In this document: in pieces, positions 9,233 through 18,228 of the stretch
Layout of the letters: each line of letters starts with the position of its first letter
Position numbering within the stretch: position 1 is the first letter of the stretch
Origin: Synechococcus sp. A15-28
GTDB lineage: Bacteria; Cyanobacteriota; Cyanobacteriia; PCC-6307; Cyanobiaceae
Assembly (NCBI RefSeq): GCF_014280175.1
Contig: NZ_CP047931.1
Span: 2,100,001-2,132,000, forward strand
DNA length: 32,000 nt
Direction: 5' to 3'
Position numbers and translations under genes: made by a program
The notes under the pieces: generated by a model
Seen by the model: the letters and a program-made list of their open reading frames with translations, nothing else
What the model was told of the DNA's origin: nothing
Database searches by the model: none

Positions 9233-9955
9233 ATGTCCGTCCTGCGCTCTGCTGCGTTTGCTGCCACTGGACTGGCACTGAGCCTGCAGGCAGCGGCCGA
9301 TGCCGGCGGTGGCGTCAGCATCAGCAGCTACGGCCAGCGGGCTCTGTTTATTCAGGGAGGCGGTCAGTCGGTGCTGCTCAATCCCTACAAGGCAGTGGGT
9401 TGTGCGGCGGGCTTGCCCGAACCCCGCGTCAAAGCCGGGGTCGTTCTGGCCAGTTCCGAACTGGCCGACGAAGGGGCCCGCGGCATTGCCACGGGGCGGT
9501 TCCTGGTGGCGCCGGGTTCCTACAAAGTGGGAGGCCTGAATCTGGAGGGTTTCGCCAGCCCCCACGACCGGATGGAAGGCCGTCGATTCGGCAACGCCAC
9601 AATCTGGCGCTGGCAGCAGGGAGGCCTGGACTTCGCCCATGTGGGTGCAACCGCAGGGCCGATCAGCGGTGCTGACCGGGTGCTGCTGGGGCGCCCCGAT
9701 GTGCTGATCATCGGCGTGGGCGGCGGAAGCAAGATCTATGACGGCAAGGAAGCTGCTGCCGTGGTGAAGCAGCTCAACCCCAAACGGGTGATTCCGGTGC
9801 AATACGTCAATGGCGATGCCCCCGCCAACTGCGACCAGGAGGGAGTTCAGCCATTCCTTGAGGCCATGGGCGGATCCACCGTGGTGAATCCAGGCCGCAG
9901 CATCGATCTTCCGGCCAACCTGCCCGACACCACCGTGATCACGGTGTTGCGCTGA
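9233..9955 (+). CDS. Exported MBL-fold-like (UlaG-like) protein, apparently lacking metal ligands
   Basis: Signal-like N-terminus MSVLRSAAFAATGLALSLQAAADA; MBL architecture (VLLNPY..., DVLIIGVGGGSKIYDGKEAAAVVKQLNPKRVIPVQY); HxHxDH position reads SSELADEG. Confidence 0.8.
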   Translation: MSVLRSAAFAATGLALSLQAAADAGGGVSISSYGQRALFIQGGGQSVLLNPYKAVGCAAGLPEPRVKAGVVLASSELADEGARGIATGRFLVAPGSYKVGGLNLEGFASPHDRMEGRRFGNATIWRWQQGGLDFAHVGATAGPISGADRVLLGRPDVLIIGVGGGSKIYDGKEAAAVVKQLNPKRVIPVQYVNGDAPANCDQEGVQPFLEAMGGSTVVNPGRSIDLPANLPDTTVITVLR

Positions 9956-10937
9956 GCGGTGTTGCGCTGAGCAACGCCGCCAGACCCTCCCGGTCCAGTC
10001 CGGCGATCAGGGCCAGCGACAGCAGCACCCTGGCCTTCTGAGGATTGAGGCTGCCGGCGGGCAGCACCCCCAACCGTTCATCTTCGGCACATCGATGCAC
10101 CGGGCCTGAACCGCAACGGTTCGACCGCAGCATCAACGGCCGCTTCCCCGGCCATGCCAGAAGCACCGAGCGCTCCCCAGCCGACAGCTGGCCCGCCCCT
10201 GTTCCTGTGAACACCACCCCGGCAACACCAGCATGGAGACAAGCGGTCAGCATGAGCGCTTCGGGCTCCACGCAGCCGTAAAGAATCGGCACCTGGGGCC
10301 ATTGCTCCGGCAAATCGAGCCCAGCGAAGGGCACCTGACGGGATCCGCCCGCCATTGGGAAATGAACGCCAACGTCATCCACCCAGCCCAAGGGCCCGCT
10401 GCCGGGGCTGGCGAACGCCCCCACCCCCTGGGTGGCCAGCTTGGTGACACGCTGGGCGCCATGGATCTGGCCATCCATCACCACCAAAACGCCATGGCCG
10501 CGTGCTTCGCTGGTCAAGGCCACCTGCACCGCCTGGAACAAATTGAGGGGCCCGTCAGCACTGAGGGCCGTTGCTGGCCGCATCGCCCCCACCAGCACCA
10601 CCGGCCGGGGATCGTCGATCAGCAATTGCAGCAACCAGGCGGTTTCCTCCAGGGTGTTGGTGCCATGGGTGATCACCACCCCTGCGAGATCCGGATCCAT
10701 TCGGAACGCCTCTCGGATACGCGAGACCAAGTCGCGCCAATGCGCAAACAGCAGGTCGGCGCTGTCGACGTTGGCGATCTGCTCGACATTGATCGTCGTC
10801 AGATCCTGCAGCTGCGGCACCGCCGCCAGCAGGTCCTCACCCCTCAGTACACCTGCGCTGTAGTCGTTCAACGTCGCACTGTCGGCCCCACGGCCGGCGA
10901 TGGTGCCGCCGGTGGCCAGCAGCAGCAGCCGACTCAT
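9939..10937 (-). CDS. L-asparaginase family protein
   Basis: [19 protein letters not shown] and VVITHGTNTLEETAWLLQLL motifs; start at internal Met 10937. Confidence 0.9.
   Translation of the reverse strand: MSRLLLLATGGTIAGRGADSATLNDYSAGVLRGEDLLAAVPQLQDLTTINVEQIANVDSADLLFAHWRDLVSRIREAFRMDPDLAGVVITHGTNTLEETAWLLQLLIDDPRPVVLVGAMRPATALSADGPLNLFQAVQVALTSEARGHGVLVVMDGQIHGAQRVTKLATQGVGAFASPGSGPLGWVDDVGVHFPMAGGSRQVPFAGLDLPEQWPQVPILYGCVEPEALMLTACLHAGVAGVVFTGTGAGQLSAGERSVLLAWPGKRPLMLRSNRCGSGPVHRCAEDERLGVLPAGSLNPQKARVLLSLALIAGLDREGLAALLSATPLSATP
9942..9971. repeat. Perfect 15-bp tandem duplication (CGGTGTTGCGCTGAG x2)
   Basis: Read directly: 9942-9956 and 9957-9971 are identical; encodes the duplicated C-terminal LSATP-LSATP of the asparaginase. 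Confidence 0.95.
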
Positions 10938-12052
10938 GGATCGAGACGAAGGTAGGCCTCCATGAAACGCTGCATCTGGCTGGTGGTGCCGATGCTGACG
11001 CGGAAGCAACCATCGATCAGCGGCTTGCCCGCCATCGAGCGGATCAGGATGCCCTCACCGCGCAGGGCTGCATCCACCTCCGCCACCGGTTTCCGGGGCC
11101 AGATCAGCAGATAGTTGCCCCCATCGCAGTGATGGCGCACTCCCGCCTGCTGCAAAGCCTCCACGGTCCAGTCTCTCGCCCGCAACACCTCTGCGACGTA
11201 GGCATCGACGTAGGACTGATCCGCCAGGGCGGCAAAGGCGGCGGCCACCGCAACGCTGTTGACGTCATAGGGACCGGTGACGCGACCGACGCGGTCGATC
11301 ACAGCGGCGTGGCCGACAGCGAACCCGATCCGCAACGCGGCTAAGCCGGCGGTTTTGGACAGGGACTGCAGCACCAGCAGATTCGGCGTCTCTGCGAAAT
11401 CGACCAGCGGCAGCACGCTGTCGCCGGTGAACGCGGCATAGAGCTCATCCACCACCAACAGGGTGTCCGGCGCTGAGGCGGCCATCGCAATGATCTGCTC
11501 CGGAGCCAGACGGGTTCCGGTGGGATTGTTGGGGTTGCAGATCAACAGCAGCCGAGGTGAAAGGCGCGTCAACGCTTCCTGAATGGCCGCAAGGGGGAAT
11601 GCAAACGTCTCACCTTCGTAGGGAATGGCTTCGATCGTCATGCCCTGCGTGCGGGCACAGGGGGTGTAGTAGCCAAAGGTGGGGGCCGTCGTCAGAACGC
11701 AGTCGCCGGCATCGCCATAGGCCTGGAAGACGGCGTGAATGGCGGCATCCGCGCCGTTGAACAGACCCACCTGGTCGGGATTGAGTCGCTCCCGACAACC
11801 ACCCTCCATGAGGTTGCGCACGACGGCCTCCCGCAGGCCGTCGTACTCTGGATAAACCGCAATCTCCTCAGTGCTGAACCCCCGCAAGGCTTGGGCCACC
11901 AGCGGGCTGGGGCCAATCGTGTTTTCGTTGAAATCAAGGCGCAGCATGTTGCGCCGACCCTCCAGGGGGGCGCTGTAGGCCTTGAGCTGCTCGACGTCGG
12001 CGCGGGCCGCCGGAGCACCACCGGGTGTGAACGGTTGAATGTTGTCGTTCAC
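10934..12052 (-). CDS. hisC: Histidinol-phosphate aminotransferase-like PLP enzyme
   Basis: [49 protein letters not shown]; 4-nt overlaps with both neighbours. Confidence 0.88.
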   Translation of the reverse strand: MNDNIQPFTPGGAPAARADVEQLKAYSAPLEGRRNMLRLDFNENTIGPSPLVAQALRGFSTEEIAVYPEYDGLREAVVRNLMEGGCRERLNPDQVGLFNGADAAIHAVFQAYGDAGDCVLTTAPTFGYYTPCARTQGMTIEAIPYEGETFAFPLAAIQEALTRLSPRLLLICNPNNPTGTRLAPEQIIAMAASAPDTLLVVDELYAAFTGDSVLPLVDFAETPNLLVLQSLSKTAGLAALRIGFAVGHAAVIDRVGRVTGPYDVNSVAVAAAFAALADQSYVDAYVAEVLRARDWTVEALQQAGVRHHCDGGNYLLIWPRKPVAEVDAALRGEGILIRSMAGKPLIDGCFRVSIGTTSQMQRFMEAYLRLDP

Positions 12053-13821
12053 ATGCGGTCCAGGGTGGCGATGCCCAGCAGTCCGAGCCCCAGTCTGAGG
12101 GTGTCGGCCGTTAAACGGCAGAGGGCAAGGCGGGATGCCAGTGCTTCAGGATCGGCCTTGAGCACCGGCACCTGATCGTAGAAGCGGTTGAACACCTGGC
12201 TGAGCTCGAACAGATAGCTGCACAAGCGGTTGGGCAACAGCTCCTCCTCCACCTCTGCGATCACAGCGTCGAACTTGAGCAACTCCCGCACCAGAGCCCA
12301 CTCCTGGGGCTCACTGAAGGTCAGCTGGGCTGTCTCCACATCCAGGTCACCCCCCTTGCGGGCGATGCCGGCGATGCGCACCACGGCATAGAGGAGATAG
12401 GGCGCCGTGTTGCCCTGCAGCGCCAGCATCCGATCGAAGGAGAACTGGTAGTTGGTGATGCGGTTCTGGCTGAGGTCGGCGTATTTCACCGCCGCCAACC
12501 CCACGGTGCCCGCCACATGCTGAATGAACTCCTCCGACTCGCTGCGCTCCTCTTCCTTCAGGCGTGAGCGCAGATCGGTCTCGGCGCGCTCGACGGCTTC
12601 ATCGAGCAGATCCCGCAGGCGCACGGTGTCACCGGCGCGGGTCTTGAGCTTCTTGCCGTCTTCCCCCTGCACCAGGCCAAAGGGCACGTGCTCGAGGCGC
12701 GCACCGTCCGGGATCCAGCCGGCCCGTCCCGCCACCTGGAACACCCCGGCGAAATGGTTCGCCTGGCCGGCATCGGTGACATACACAACGCGGCGGGCAC
12801 CATCCCCTTCCGGCGCTGCACCGAAGCGGTAGCGGATCGCCGCCAGATCAGTGGTGGCGTAGTTGAAACCACCATCACTCTTCTGCACGATCACGGGCAG
12901 GGGATTGCCGTCCTTGCCCTGCACACCCTCGAGGAAAACGCACTGGGCGCCGTCGTCGGTGACCAGCAGTTCGGTGGCCTTCAAGCCATCAAGCACCGCC
13001 GGCAGGAAGGGGTTGTAGAACGACTCGCCGCGTTCGCTGAGGCGGATGTCGAGCCGGTCGTAGATCTTCTGGAACTCGCGCCGCGACTGGTCGCAGAGCA
13101 GGCCCCAGGCCTTGAGCGACACCGGATCGCCCCCCTGCAGCTTCACCACCTCATCGCGGGAGGTGGACTGGAAGGCTTCATCCTCATCGAAGCGCTTCTT
13201 GGCCTCGCGGTAGAAAGCCACCAGGTCTCCCAGATCCACCGCATCGGCGGTGTCCAGGGCTTCCGGCGCCACCTGCTTGAGATGCGTGATGAGCATGCCG
13301 AACTGGGTGCCCCAGTCGCCCACGTGATTGAGGCGCAGCACCGGATGGCCGCGGAACTCGAGCACCCGCGCCAGCGAGTCGCCAATGATCGTTGAGCGCA
13401 GGTGCCCCACATGCATCTCCTTGGCGATGTTGGGGCTGGAAAAATCCACCACCACCGGCGCCGCGTTGCTGACCGCCGGCACGCCGAGACGCTCGTCCCC
13501 CAGCCGGGCCGACACCTCCGCCGCCAGCCGCTCCGGGCGGATCGTGAGGTTGATGAAGCCCGGCCCGGCGATCTGGGGCTCCAGGCAGAGGTCGGTGAAG
13601 GCGGGATCACCCTGCAGCTGCTCCACGATCGCCGTGGCGATCTGGCGGGGGGCCTGCTTCAGGGGCTTGGCCAGGGGCAACGCACCATTGGCCTGGAAGT
13701 CACCGAATTCCGGCTTGCTGGCCGGGGCCAGCTGGGGGTCCAGCCCCGCATCGGCCTCCGGGAAGGCCCGTTGCATCGCCGCCCGCAGCTGGGCATCCAG
13801 GGACTGGGACAGGCTGAGCAT
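12049..13821 (-). CDS. argS: Arginyl-tRNA synthetase
   Basis: [29 protein letters not shown] (HIGH class motif), FGMLI..., C-terminal [19 protein letters not shown]. Confidence 0.97.
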   Translation of the reverse strand: MLSLSQSLDAQLRAAMQRAFPEADAGLDPQLAPASKPEFGDFQANGALPLAKPLKQAPRQIATAIVEQLQGDPAFTDLCLEPQIAGPGFINLTIRPERLAAEVSARLGDERLGVPAVSNAAPVVVDFSSPNIAKEMHVGHLRSTIIGDSLARVLEFRGHPVLRLNHVGDWGTQFGMLITHLKQVAPEALDTADAVDLGDLVAFYREAKKRFDEDEAFQSTSRDEVVKLQGGDPVSLKAWGLLCDQSRREFQKIYDRLDIRLSERGESFYNPFLPAVLDGLKATELLVTDDGAQCVFLEGVQGKDGNPLPVIVQKSDGGFNYATTDLAAIRYRFGAAPEGDGARRVVYVTDAGQANHFAGVFQVAGRAGWIPDGARLEHVPFGLVQGEDGKKLKTRAGDTVRLRDLLDEAVERAETDLRSRLKEEERSESEEFIQHVAGTVGLAAVKYADLSQNRITNYQFSFDRMLALQGNTAPYLLYAVVRIAGIARKGGDLDVETAQLTFSEPQEWALVRELLKFDAVIAEVEEELLPNRLCSYLFELSQVFNRFYDQVPVLKADPEALASRLALCRLTADTLRLGLGLLGIATLDRM

Positions 13822-13864
13822 GGGCAGTGCGTGGCCGGGGGAATCCGGCTCTGATCATCCCTCT

Positions 13865-14704
13865 TCAGGTGAAACGCATGCTCAGGTCGAGCCAATGGCT
13901 ACGGGTGACCGGCGCGCTGGTGGAGATCAGATCGATGCCGGTGGCGGCGTAGGCCTGCAACTGCTCGGGCTGAATGCCCGAAGCCTCCAGCATCACTCCG
14001 CGATCGCTGCAGTCCCGCAGGCGCGGCACGAGCTGCGTGAGCCGCTCAGGGCTGAATTCATCCAGCAGCACCCCATTGGCGCCCGCCTGCACCGCCTCCA
14101 GCGCCTGAGCCTCCGTCTCCGCTTCCACAATCACGGCCGTGGGCCAGGGGGCCTGCTCACGCACAGAAGCGATGGCCGCCGTGATGCCCCCCGCCCAGGC
14201 GATGTGGTTCTCCTTGAGCATGGCCGCGTCATCCAGCCCCATGCGGTGGTTGATGCCGCCGCCGCAGCGCACCGCATATTTCTCCAGCAGACGAAGCCCA
14301 GGGGTCGTCTTGCGGGTGTCGGCCAGACGCACACCGGTGCCCGCAAGCTGGGCCACCAATGCAGCAGTAGCGGTGGCAATGCCCGAGAGCCGCATGGCCA
14401 GGTTCAAGGCGGTGCGTTCCCCGGCCACCAAAGCCGTGGCCGGCCCCTGCAGCTCCAGCAGGCAGTCCCCGGCCTCGATGGCCTCACCGTCCTGCCGCAG
14501 CAACCGAACGTTCACCGCGGGATCCAGCCGCTGGAACAAGCGCTGCACCAAAGGGCCACCGCAGAACCGGCCCGGCTGTTTGGCGACCCAATGGGCCTGA
14601 CCCTGCTGACCCTGCAACGCCACCGCAGTCAGATCTCCGCGGCCGATGTCTTCCGCCAACCAGCGATCCAGTGCACTGGTGAGAGCTTGGGACTGCCAAT
14701 CCAT
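13865..14704 (-). CDS. nadC: Nicotinate-nucleotide pyrophosphorylase (carboxylating)
   Basis: EDIGRGDLTA, RTALNLAMRLSGIATATAALV, ADTRKTTPGLRLLEKYAVRCGGGINHRMGLDDAAMLKENHI. Confidence 0.96.
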   Translation of the reverse strand: MDWQSQALTSALDRWLAEDIGRGDLTAVALQGQQGQAHWVAKQPGRFCGGPLVQRLFQRLDPAVNVRLLRQDGEAIEAGDCLLELQGPATALVAGERTALNLAMRLSGIATATAALVAQLAGTGVRLADTRKTTPGLRLLEKYAVRCGGGINHRMGLDDAAMLKENHIAWAGGITAAIASVREQAPWPTAVIVEAETEAQALEAVQAGANGVLLDEFSPERLTQLVPRLRDCSDRGVMLEASGIQPEQLQAYAATGIDLISTSAPVTRSHWLDLSMRFT

Positions 14705-14712
14705 TCCGCAGA

Positions 14713-16353
14713 TTGCGGTTGAGCGGACTGTATGGGAAAGGCCAGGCTGATTTCGATGCAGCGAACCGCTTGGCGACACACCATTTCAAGAACCTCAGAA
14801 TCCAGACCGGTGATCTCGACGGTCTGCTTGGACTGGGCCTGAACAACCTGATTCAAATCCTGCTGATCATCAGCCTCTGCCGCGGAGTGCTTGGCTTCCC
14901 CGACAGCCTGTTGTTCGGGACGATCCTGCCGGCGACGGGCATCAGCCTGCTGCTGGGGAATCTGATCTATGCCCAGCAGGCCAGGGCCCTGGCCCGACGA
15001 GAACAGAGGAACGACTGCACAGCACTGCCCTACGGCGTCAACACGGTCAGCCTGTTCGCCTTCGTGTTTCTGGTGATGCTGCCGGCAAAGCTTGCGGCTC
15101 TCAGTGCAGGGCTGAGCGAAGCCGATGCCGTGCAGCGCTCCTGGCAGGTGGGACTGATGGCTTGCCTCGGGTCCGGCCTGATCGAAACCCTCGGGGCTTT
15201 CGTTGCCCACAGCCTGCGGCGCTGGCTGCCGCGGGCAGCGCTGCTATCCACCCTGGCGGGCATTGCCCTGGGCTACATCGCCCTGGGATTCCTGCTGCGC
15301 AGCTTCGCCCACCCTCTGGTCTGCCTCAGCAGCCTCAGTGTGATCCTGCTTGGCTATTTCGGTCGCGTGCGCTGGCCGATCCCCACCGGCCTGATGGCCC
15401 TGCTGCTGGGGATGGCTCTGGCCTGGGGCAGCGGCTTGAACACGCTGGATCCCGAAGGCTGGCAGCGAGGACTCAGCGTGATCAGCCTGCATTGGCCGAC
15501 GTTGCAGCTGAATGCCCTCTGGCAGGCCCGTTTCGAGCTGCTTCCCTGGATCGCCGTCATTGCACCCATGGGGCTGTTCAATCTGATCGGATCGCTGCAG
15601 AACCTGGAAAGCGCCGAGGCTGCGGGGGATCGCTATGCAACCCGCAGCAGCCTGCTGATCGATGGCCTTGGAACCCTGAGTGCCGCGGCCCTGGGCTCCT
15701 GTTTCCCGACCACGCTCTACATCGGCCATCCGGGCTTCAAAGCCCTGGGAGCGCGGTCGGCTTACTCCTGGCTGAACGGAGTGGTCATGGCCTCCGGCTG
15801 CTTCCTGGGGCTGTTCGGAGCCGCCAGCGAGCTGATCCCGGTGGAGGCGGGTCTCGCAATCCTGCTGTACATCGGATTGACCATGGCCGCCCAGGCATTC
15901 GCCAGCACACCCGAGCGCCACGGGCCGGCCGTGGTGCTGGGCCTGCTGCCAGGACTGGCGGGATGGGGCGCCCTGATGCTCAAGGCCGGACTGCGGGCTG
16001 GAGCAGCCGGCTCGGGCGAATCAGCATTCACTCCCGATCTGCTGAGCGAACTTGCGTCAGCGGACGTCTGGGCCCAGGGCCTCTTCGCCCTGGAACAGGG
16101 GCAGATCATCACCGCGATGCTCCTCTCAGCCTGGTTGGTGTACGCCATCGAAGGCCGCTTTCTGGCCTCGGCGCTGTGCACCGCGTTAGCAGCCGGCCTG
16201 GCCTGGATCGGTCTGATTCATGCCTGGCAGTTCAGTCCCGCCGACACCGTGATGCAACTGGGATGGGGCAGTGGACAGGCTTGGGCGGAGGGGTATGCCG
16301 CCATGACGGTGATTGTGATGCTCGCCCACTGGCGACAACGCGGCGCCAACTGA
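14713..16353 (+). CDS. Multi-TM permease, NCS2/xanthine-uracil family-like
   Basis: 547-codon ORF with ~12 hydrophobic segments, LPYGVNTVSLFAFVF, QNLESAEAAGDRYATRSSLLIDGLGTLSAAALGSCFPTTLYIGHPGFKALGARSAYS. Begins at TTG 14713; true start uncertain. Confidence 0.8.
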   Translation: MRLSGLYGKGQADFDAANRLATHHFKNLRIQTGDLDGLLGLGLNNLIQILLIISLCRGVLGFPDSLLFGTILPATGISLLLGNLIYAQQARALARREQRNDCTALPYGVNTVSLFAFVFLVMLPAKLAALSAGLSEADAVQRSWQVGLMACLGSGLIETLGAFVAHSLRRWLPRAALLSTLAGIALGYIALGFLLRSFAHPLVCLSSLSVILLGYFGRVRWPIPTGLMALLLGMALAWGSGLNTLDPEGWQRGLSVISLHWPTLQLNALWQARFELLPWIAVIAPMGLFNLIGSLQNLESAEAAGDRYATRSSLLIDGLGTLSAAALGSCFPTTLYIGHPGFKALGARSAYSWLNGVVMASGCFLGLFGAASELIPVEAGLAILLYIGLTMAAQAFASTPERHGPAVVLGLLPGLAGWGALMLKAGLRAGAAGSGESAFTPDLLSELASADVWAQGLFALEQGQIITAMLLSAWLVYAIEGRFLASALCTALAAGLAWIGLIHAWQFSPADTVMQLGWGSGQAWAEGYAAMTVIVMLAHWRQRGAN

Positions 16354-16356
16354 CGC

Positions 16357-17685
16357 TTATTTACCGATGCAGAAGCGCGAAAACACCCGATCCAGCACCG
16401 CTTCGGTGAGCTCCTCACCGGTGATCTCCCCCAGCGCGCGGATCGCCTCGCGCAGATCGATGGTCCAGAAGTCCCAGGGCAATTGCTGGGCCGCCACCTC
16501 CTGGCTGCGGGCCAGCGCCTCGGCCGCGCGGGCCGCCAGATCCCGCTGCCGTTCGTTCAGCGCCAGCAGCACAGCCGAGGCATCGCCGGCGCCACAGCAG
16601 GTCAGCACCGCCTCCACCAGTTGGTCCTCCCCCTCACCACTGATGGCCGACAGCAGCACATCGGCTTCCGCGGGTGCCTCGGTCCTCAACAAATCCTGCT
16701 TATTGGCCACCACCAGGCGCGGAACCGCCGGGGGAATGCGCTCCAGCAAAGCGCGATCCGCCGGGGTCCAGCCCTGCTGGGCATCGATCACCAGCAACAC
16801 CAGATCGGCTGAGGCCAGGGCCTGCTCGCTGCGGGCAATCCCCATCTGCTCCACCACGTCCTGAGTCGCACGGATGCCAGCGGTGTCGAGCAGGGTGATC
16901 GGCACCCCCTCCAGCACAATCTCGCTCTCCAGCAGGTCGCGGGTGGTGCCGGGCAGCTCGGTCACAATCGCCCGCTCCCGCCGACTGAGCCGGTTCAACA
17001 GCGAGCTCTTGCCCACATTGGGGCGGCCCACCAACGCCACCCGAAGGCCGCTGCGCAGGGCATCCCCCCGCTCGCCATCCCGCACCAACTGCTGGAGCTC
17101 CAGGCGTATGGCTTGCAGCTCCAGCAGCAGGGCCTCGCCATCCAGCGCCGGCAGGTCCTCCTCGAAGTCCACCCGGGCCTCCAGCTCGGTGAGCTGATCC
17201 AGCAACCGCTCGCGCAACGCGGTGATTTGAGCGTGAATCCCGCCATCGAGGCCAGCGATAGCCAGATCCGCCGCCCGCCGGCTGCGAGCCGCCACCAACT
17301 CACTCACCGCCTCCGCGCGGGTGAGGTCCAGACGGCCGTTGAGCACGGCCCGCTGGCTGAATTCCCCCGGCAGGGCCCGCCGAACCCCCGGTTGCTCCAG
17401 CACCCGCTCCAGCACCCGCTGCACCGCCATCACCCCGCCATGGCAGTGGATCTCCACAACGTCCTCACCGGTGAAACTGCGGGGTCTGCGCATCAGCAGC
17501 AGCAGCACCTCATCCAGGCGTCGCTGACCAGTGGCATCCAGCACGTGGCCATAGACAACACGGTGAGACTCCCAGTCCTGCCGTCCTGGGACTTGCACGA
17601 TCGAACGGCCGACGTCTTCCGCCACAGGGCCTGAAACGCGGATCACAGCGATTCCGCCCTGGCCTGGGGCGACCGCCGTGGCCAC
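16357..17685 (-). CDS. mnmE: tRNA uridine-5-carboxymethylaminomethyl(34) synthesis GTPase
   Basis: TAVAPGQGGIAVIRVSGP, VGRPNVGKSSLLNRLSRRERAIVTELPGTTRDLLE, LDTAGIR, C-terminal FSRFCIGK. Confidence 0.97.
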   Translation of the reverse strand: MATAVAPGQGGIAVIRVSGPVAEDVGRSIVQVPGRQDWESHRVVYGHVLDATGQRRLDEVLLLLMRRPRSFTGEDVVEIHCHGGVMAVQRVLERVLEQPGVRRALPGEFSQRAVLNGRLDLTRAEAVSELVAARSRRAADLAIAGLDGGIHAQITALRERLLDQLTELEARVDFEEDLPALDGEALLLELQAIRLELQQLVRDGERGDALRSGLRVALVGRPNVGKSSLLNRLSRRERAIVTELPGTTRDLLESEIVLEGVPITLLDTAGIRATQDVVEQMGIARSEQALASADLVLLVIDAQQGWTPADRALLERIPPAVPRLVVANKQDLLRTEAPAEADVLLSAISGEGEDQLVEAVLTCCGAGDASAVLLALNERQRDLAARAAEALARSQEVAAQQLPWDFWTIDLREAIRALGEITGEELTEAVLDRVFSRFCIGK

Positions 17686-17775
17686 AGCAGCGATGGTGTC
17701 GGAAGCGGTCAGGGAAAGGACGCCTTTCAGTACCTCATTCCTAGGATCCGCCCGTTCATCTGCCCGTCACGGTTC

Positions 17776-18228
17776 ATGCAACGGTTGCTGCAGACCAACC
17801 GTGAACGCCTGCGCCGGGGCCTTCAGTGGCTGTGGGCGCAAGAGGGCACAGCGGGGCAACGGGCCAGGGGTGTGGCCGCCGGTGTGTTCTGCGGCTGTTA
17901 CCCCTTCTTCGGGCTGCAGATGCTGCTGAGCGTTGGGCTGGCCACCCTGGTGCGTGGCAACCACCTGCTCGCCGCCGCGGGCACCCTGGTGAGCAACCCC
18001 CTCACCTACGTGCCGCTGTACTGGTTCAACTTCGTGGTGGGCAGCCGGCTGCTGGGACCGCTGGCCGGGGCCGACCTCGACGGTGTGAACCGCAGCAACC
18101 TCTGGAATCAAGGCTGGGACGTTCTGCAGCGACTTCTGCTCGGTTCGACGCTTGTGGGAGCTCTAATGGCGTTGCTGCTGGGATTGCTGGCCTACCGACT
18201 CTTTCAGCAACGCACCTTCGTCAACTGA
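17776..18228 (+). CDS. DUF2062-like membrane protein
   Basis: RARGVAAGVFCGCYPFFGLQMLLSVGLATLVRGNHLLAAAGTLVSNPLTYVPLYWFNFVVGSRLLG; matches the general DUF2062 pattern. Confidence 0.8.
   Translation: MQRLLQTNRERLRRGLQWLWAQEGTAGQRARGVAAGVFCGCYPFFGLQMLLSVGLATLVRGNHLLAAAGTLVSNPLTYVPLYWFNFVVGSRLLGPLAGADLDGVNRSNLWNQGWDVLQRLLLGSTLVGALMALLLGLLAYRLFQQRTFVN

Noticed and set aside
12688-13395. 235-aa plus-strand ORF opposite argS
   Set aside because: Antisense shadow ORF in high-GC coding DNA.
13328-14722. 464-aa plus-strand ORF across argS and nadC
   Set aside because: Antisense to two clear enzymes and spans their intergenic gap; no domain features.
15162-16409. 415-aa same-strand alternate-frame ORF inside the permease and extending into mnmE
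   Set aside because: Frame-shifted shadow of the permease; Arg/Pro-rich nonsense composition and overlap with mnmE antisense.
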